Part shown: positions 59,292 through 64,000 of the stretch, piece by piece | Numbering within the stretch: position 1 is the first letter of the stretch | Layout of the letters: every line of letters starts with the position of its first letter | Assembly (NCBI GenBank): GCA_963850905.1 | Contig: CAWKMU010000004.1 | Location: forward strand, 320,001-384,000 | DNA: 64,000 nucleotides | From: an uncultured Gemmatimonadales bacterium | GTDB lineage: Bacteria > Gemmatimonadota > Gemmatimonadetes > Gemmatimonadales > Gemmatimonadaceae | Direction: 5' to 3' | The notes under the pieces: model-generated | Database searches by the model: none | The model's input: the letters and a program-made list of their open reading frames with translations, nothing else | Told to the model about the DNA's origin: nothing | Program-made: the position numbers and the translations under genes

Positions 59292-60174
59292 ATGCCGCCC
59301 AACACCTCTGCACGCCAAGCTACCCGCGCCTCGATCCACACACTCGCGGGATGCCTCGCCGCCTTCGCACTGGCGGCGTGCAGTTCGAAACCCGCCGACC
59401 ACGCGACCACTAACTCCGCCGCCACCGCCGAAGTCAGCCCCACCGTCACCGTGACCGCTACAGACTACGCATTCGATGCACCGGCACAGATTCCTGCCGG
59501 CATGACGACGATGACCATGGTCAACCGTGGCCGCGAGATGCATCAGGTCCAGCTCATCCGGTTGGCCGATGGCAAGACGGTCAACGATCTGCTCGCCACG
59601 TTCAACCAGCCGGGCCCGCCACCAGCATGGGCCGTTTCTTTCGGCGGTCCCAACGCCGCGGTACCGGGCGGCTCGAGTCAGGCCACGTTCCTGCTCGCCC
59701 CAGGCAACTATGTCATGATCTGCGCCATTCCAAGCCCCGACCACGTGTCGCACCTCGCCAAGGGGATGATGCGACCCTTGACCGTCACCGCGGTCCAGAA
59801 CGTAGCGAAGACGGCGCCGCAATCCGACATCACGGTCACGATGACGGAGTATGCCTTCAATCTGTCGGCACCAGTCACTGCCGGCACACATACCCTACGC
59901 ATCGACAACCAGGGTAGACAGGACCACGAAGCCGTGCTGGTCCGCTTCGCACCCGGCAAAAGTCGTGAAAGACCTCGTCGCGTGGGTCGACAACCAGGTC
60001 GGACCGCCGCCAGCCTACCCACTAGGTGGCCTCACCGACCTGTCCAACGGCGCCGAAGGCTTCTTCACCGTCAATTTCACCCCGGGCAACTACGCCCTCG
60101 TCTGCTTCATCCCCGATGCGAAAGACGGCAAGCCACACGCCGCCTACGGCATGACCAAGGAATTCACGATCTGA
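59292..60174 (+). CDS. Lipoprotein with two cupredoxin-like domains, with a +1 frameshift near 59961
   Basis: Lipobox LAAC; internal duplication (V.A/MT.YAF...N.G...H....R); C-terminal Cys-His-Met motifs CAIPSPDHVSHLAKGM and CFIPDAKDGKPHAAYGM. Confidence 0.72.
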
Positions 60175-60289
60175 GGCCGACCGCGCACCGCCGAAGTCGC
60201 GCGCGTACCCCCATCTTGCCGCGCCTTCGGCGCCGGGAGCGAGGACGCGCAAGTCACCTCGGTACCCCAGACCCCAGACCCCGCTCGTC

Positions 60290-61957
60290 ATGCCCGACGC
60301 ATCGCGGAACCTGACGGACTACGAGTCGGCCCGTCGACACTTCCACCTCGACGTCCCGCAGCGCTTCAACGCCGCGCGTGATGTCGTCGACGCATGGGCA
60401 CAGAAAGAGCCGAATCGCCTGGCACTCGTCACCGTCGGACCCTCCGGCGGCGAAACGGGCCGCTACACCTTCGCCGATCTCGCCCGCCGCTCCAACCGCG
60501 CTGCCAACGTGCTCCACGCACACGGCGTCAAGAAAGGCGACCGCCTCTTCGTGATGCTCCCGCGGATCGTGCAGTGGTACGACGTCATGCTTGGCGCCGC
60601 CAAGTTGGGCGCGATCCCCATGCCCGGCACGACGCTCCTCACCGAGCGCGACATCGAGTACCGCACGACCCGCGCGGAAGCGAGCGTGATCGTGACGGAC
60701 GCGGACGCCGTCTCGAGGGTCGACGCGGTGCGCGACCGCTGCGAATCACTGCGCGCTCGCATCGTAGTGGGAGGCACGTGCGACGGTTGGGTCGCGTTCG
60801 ACGACGCGCTGACCCGCGCATCCGATGCGGCACCCGACCTCGCGCCGACGCGCGCGGATGACCCTTTGCTCATCTACTTCACGTCGGGCACGGAAGCGTA
60901 CCCCAAGATGGTACAGCACACCCATGCCTCCTATGGCATCGGGCACGAGATCACCGCGCGCTTCTGGCAGGACCTGGGACCATCGGACCTCCACTGCACC
61001 CTCTCCGACACGGGGTGGGCCAAGGCCGCCTGGGGGATGCTCTTCGGCCAGTGGCGCATGGGCGCCGCACTCTTCCTCTGGGACGCACGCGGGAAACCTG
61101 ACTACGAGCTCCTGATGCGGCTCATCACCGAGCACCGCGTCACCTCGTTCTGCGCGCCGCCGACTGTGTATCGCAGCCTCGTGTGCATGGACCTCGCGCC
61201 CTACGACTGGTCGGGCCTCCGCCACTGCACCGCTGCCGGCGAGCCGCTCAACCCCGAAGTCATCAAGATCTGGCGCGAGGAAACGGGTCGCACGGTGTAC
61301 GACGGCTACGGTCAGACGGAAACGGTCAACGTCGTCGCGAACTATCGCTGCCTGCCAGTCAAGCCGGGATCGATGGGCAAGCCGACTCCTGGGTTCGACG
61401 TGCACGTCGTCGATGCGGATGGCCACGTGCTCGCGCCGGGCGAGGAAGGTCATCTCGCGATCCGCGTGCGGCCGGACCGACCAATCGGTCTCTTCAAGGA
61501 ATACTGGCGCGACCCCGAGGCGACCGCGAAAGCCATCCGCGGCGATTGGTATTTCACAGGTGACCGCGCGATGACCGACGACGAGGGCTACTTCTGGTTC
61601 GTCGGGCGCGGGGACGACATCATCATCTCCGCCGCCTACCGCATCGGCCCCTTCGAGGTCGAGTCGGCACTCATCGAGCACCCCGCGGTCGCCGAAGCCG
61701 CCGTCGTCGGCAAGCCGCACGCCGAGCGCGGCCAGATCGTCAAGGCGTTCGTCGTGTTGGCACCAGGATACACTGCGTCCGCCGAGCTCGCCCTCGAGCT
61801 CCAGGATCACACCAAGCGCGTCACGGCGCCCTACAAGTATCCGCGCGAGATCGAATTCGTGGCGACGCTGCCCAAAACGGTCTCCGGCAAGATCCGCCGC
61901 GTCGAGCTGCGCCAGCGCGAACAGGTCGCCGTATCGACCCCAACGCCCGGCGGGTAA
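60290..61957 (+). CDS. Acyl-CoA synthetase (AMP-binding, medium-chain/ACSM-like)
   Basis: YFTSGT..YPK, DTGWAK, AGEPLNPE, DGYGQTE, TGDR, RIGPFEVES, PKTVSGKIRR. Confidence 0.95.
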   Translation: MPDASRNLTDYESARRHFHLDVPQRFNAARDVVDAWAQKEPNRLALVTVGPSGGETGRYTFADLARRSNRAANVLHAHGVKKGDRLFVMLPRIVQWYDVMLGAAKLGAIPMPGTTLLTERDIEYRTTRAEASVIVTDADAVSRVDAVRDRCESLRARIVVGGTCDGWVAFDDALTRASDAAPDLAPTRADDPLLIYFTSGTEAYPKMVQHTHASYGIGHEITARFWQDLGPSDLHCTLSDTGWAKAAWGMLFGQWRMGAALFLWDARGKPDYELLMRLITEHRVTSFCAPPTVYRSLVCMDLAPYDWSGLRHCTAAGEPLNPEVIKIWREETGRTVYDGYGQTETVNVVANYRCLPVKPGSMGKPTPGFDVHVVDADGHVLAPGEEGHLAIRVRPDRPIGLFKEYWRDPEATAKAIRGDWYFTGDRAMTDDEGYFWFVGRGDDIIISAAYRIGPFEVESALIEHPAVAEAAVVGKPHAERGQIVKAFVVLAPGYTASAELALELQDHTKRVTAPYKYPREIEFVATLPKTVSGKIRRVELRQREQVAVSTPTPGG

Positions 61958-62053
61958 CGAGCCGTCGTTGCCGTTCCCTGATCCCTGACCCCTGGGGTTG
62001 CAATTTCGGTGTTTGTTCGGCTATTATACCGGCCCCAGTCTACTGAGGAGACC

Positions 62054-62557
62054 ATGCCGATTAGCGATTTCCTGCTGCAGGAGTTCGACGCCGAAATGGC
62101 CAGCACGCGCAAGACGTTGGAGCGAGTCCCTGCCGACAAGGGCGCGTTCGCGCCTCACAGCAAGTCGATGAAGATGCAGAACCTCGCGCCGCACGTCGCC
62201 CAGCTCCCGCAGTTTGGACTCACCGTGCTCACGACACCGGAGCTCGACTTCGCGACCAGCAACTTCACGCGCCTGCCCTTCGAGTCGCCCGCACAGTTGG
62301 TGCGCGCGCTCGACGAAGGTGCAGCCAAAACCCGCGCTGCCCTCAAGGCGACACCCGACTCGGCGTGGAGCGAGCCATGGAAACTGAGCTGGGGAGGAAA
62401 ACCGATCTTCAATGACACCCGCTTCATGGCCTATCGGCAGATGTTCTTGAACCACATCGTGCACCACCGCGCACAACTGGGCGTCTACCTGCGCCTCAAC
62501 GATCTGCCCGTCCCGGCGACCTACGGCCCTTCAGCCGACGACACACTGGGATTCTGA
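62054..62557 (+). CDS. DinB-family protein
   Basis: E...TRK.LERVP, PH.KSM....LA.H, NHIVHHRAQLGVYLRL...VPATYGPSAD; RBS GAGGAG. Confidence 0.9.
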   Translation: MPISDFLLQEFDAEMASTRKTLERVPADKGAFAPHSKSMKMQNLAPHVAQLPQFGLTVLTTPELDFATSNFTRLPFESPAQLVRALDEGAAKTRAALKATPDSAWSEPWKLSWGGKPIFNDTRFMAYRQMFLNHIVHHRAQLGVYLRLNDLPVPATYGPSADDTLGF

Positions 62558-62588
62558 CGCCGAGGAAAAGAACTGGCCATTGACCAAT

Positions 62589-62617
62589 AGGGGCGACGCA
62601 TAGCGTCGCCCCTTTTT
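62589..62617 (+). terminator. Rho-independent terminator
   Basis: AGGGGCGACGC-ATA-GCGTCGCCCCT followed by a T run, between convergent genes. Confidence 0.85.
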
Positions 62618-62685
62618 GCGCCGTCCATACGCAGTCCGATCCTCTCCTTTCTCCTCTCCCCTCTCCACGTGGCGCGCAGCGCCCG

Positions 62686-64000
62686 TCAGTCCCCCTGCGC
62701 CAACCGCTCGAACCGCGCATTCCCCCTGAGCGGCGCCCACGTCGGGTCGATCCTGAGCCACGCAGGCGTCAGGAAGTACGGCACCGTCAGCAGGGGCTCG
62801 AGATGGTCGAGCGCGCGATCCGGCTCGCCCACCATCATGTACACCCGGGCCAGCACGTGCTGCGCGTACGGCGCCAGTTCCGCGTTTCTCGACATCGGCA
62901 TTTGCACCGCGCCCCGTTCGCCCTCGCGAATGGCGTCATCCTTGTGGCCCGCGTACGCGAGCGCAAGCGCATACAGCATCCGGCGCTCGAAGTCGTCCGG
63001 TGACGAGTTGATCTGCTGCTGGTACACCTGCTGCGCGGTGTCACCGTAGGCGCGCGCCAGCGCGGCGTCCCCCCGCAACCCGTAGACCTCCGCGCGCCGA
63101 ATGGCCCACCGGGCACGATCGTCGTCGTAGGCGGTGGGCGTGAGCGACAGGAGCTTCTGCTGCTGCGCGTCGGTCAAGACCCAGAAGAGATCACCCGTCG
63201 TCGCGAAATAGACGATGAGGCGAGTCGTATCCACCGACGCTTGCGCGGCCCGGAGCACCGCCCGCGCAGCTGGCAGGTCGCCCTGCGCGAGATGCAGCAA
63301 CGTCACACGTGAGATCATCCCAAGGTTGTTGGGAGCGAGCTGTAGCCCCTGTCGCGCGACGATCGTCGCTTCCGAGAACCGGTGCATCCGGATGAGCGTA
63401 CTGGCGAGCTGTCGGTTGGCGATCGGTGACACCGGGTCGAGCTTCGCCGCACGCTGCGCGTGCGCGAGCGCGTCCTCCCAGTGTCCCAGCCGCCGCTCGT
63501 CGACGGAGACGGCACCGATCAGTTGCGCGTTGTCGGGGTACCGTTTGAGCAACGCGGCGTTGATCCCGTACGCCTTCACCACGTCGTGTTGGACCAGCGA
63601 CACGTAGTCGCTGAGCGCGACCTGACTCTCGAGGCGGTTGGGATCCAGGGCCTGTGCGTGCACCAGCGCGCAATGCGCCGCTTCGGCGTTCGCCGGATTG
63701 GGCGTGCTGTTCGCGTAGAGCAGCGAGTACGCACGCTCCAGCCGCGTCCACGCGAGCACGAAGTTCGAATCGAGTGTCACCGCCGTCGTATAGAATCCGA
63801 TCCCGCGCCACAAGGCGGGAGGGTCGGTAGAATTGAGGTGCTGGGTCGCCTCGTCGCCCTGCAAGAACGCGTCGTACGCGTTCACGTTGTTCGTCGGCCG
63901 CTTGCGCAGCGCCTGCCGCTCGCCGGGCCCGAGCGCGATGTCGAGAACGGAGGCCACTTGTGTCGCGATGTCGGCCTGCACCGCAATCACGTTCGACGGA
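62686..64000 (-). CDS. C-terminal part of a TolB-like/TPR signalling protein (typical of Ser/Thr kinase or cyclase fusions); N-terminus outside the window
   Basis: AVQADIATQVA, PT.N..AYDAFL.G, TPR helices, LRIDP.WAPLRG..RF. Confidence 0.82.
   Translation of the reverse strand, partial: PSNVIAVQADIATQVASVLDIALGPGERQALRKRPTNNVNAYDAFLQGDEATQHLNSTDPPALWRGIGFYTTAVTLDSNFVLAWTRLERAYSLLYANSTPNPANAEAAHCALVHAQALDPNRLESQVALSDYVSLVQHDVVKAYGINAALLKRYPDNAQLIGAVSVDERRLGHWEDALAHAQRAAKLDPVSPIANRQLASTLIRMHRFSEATIVARQGLQLAPNNLGMISRVTLLHLAQGDLPAARAVLRAAQASVDTTRLIVYFATTGDLFWVLTDAQQQKLLSLTPTAYDDDRARWAIRRAEVYGLRGDAALARAYGDTAQQVYQQQINSSPDDFERRMLYALALAYAGHKDDAIREGERGAVQMPMSRNAELAPYAQHVLARVYMMVGEPDRALDHLEPLLTVPYFLTPAWLRIDPTWAPLRGNARFERLAQGD

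Overview
A GC-rich bacterial window whose gene content (BlaI/M56 pair, duplicated-MacB permease, SusC/SusD pair, Big_2 lipoproteins, VPS10-type hydrolase, TPR signalling protein) suggests Gemmatimonadota or a similar soil lineage; this is an inference. I found no rRNA, tRNA or CRISPR array. There are four main blocks. (1) 0-21 kb: regulators, transporters and secreted proteins. (2) 21.8-35 kb: a minus-strand ECF sigma/FecR/SusC/SusD import locus followed by two S9-type alpha/beta-hydrolase homologues that have both lost the catalytic Ser and His, then an intact esterase and an MFS transporter. (3) 40.7-48 kb: an accessory island with a Fic gene preceded by three TTAGTTAG-N15-CTAACTAA palindromes, HigBA, two paralogous XerC/D-like tyrosine recombinases, two VapC-type TA pairs and a DUF4160/DUF2442 pair. 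An 18-19 bp motif lies about 66 bp upstream of both recombinases and recurs after the BrnTA pair at 57.2 kb. (4) 48-64 kb: stress, efflux and metabolic genes, two more TA-like pairs and a two-domain cupredoxin-like lipoprotein. Heptamer tandem repeats mark many gene boundaries, and several autoregulated genes look leaderless. Six genes carry small frameshifts that are probably sequencing errors. All family assignments come from motif recognition, not database searches.
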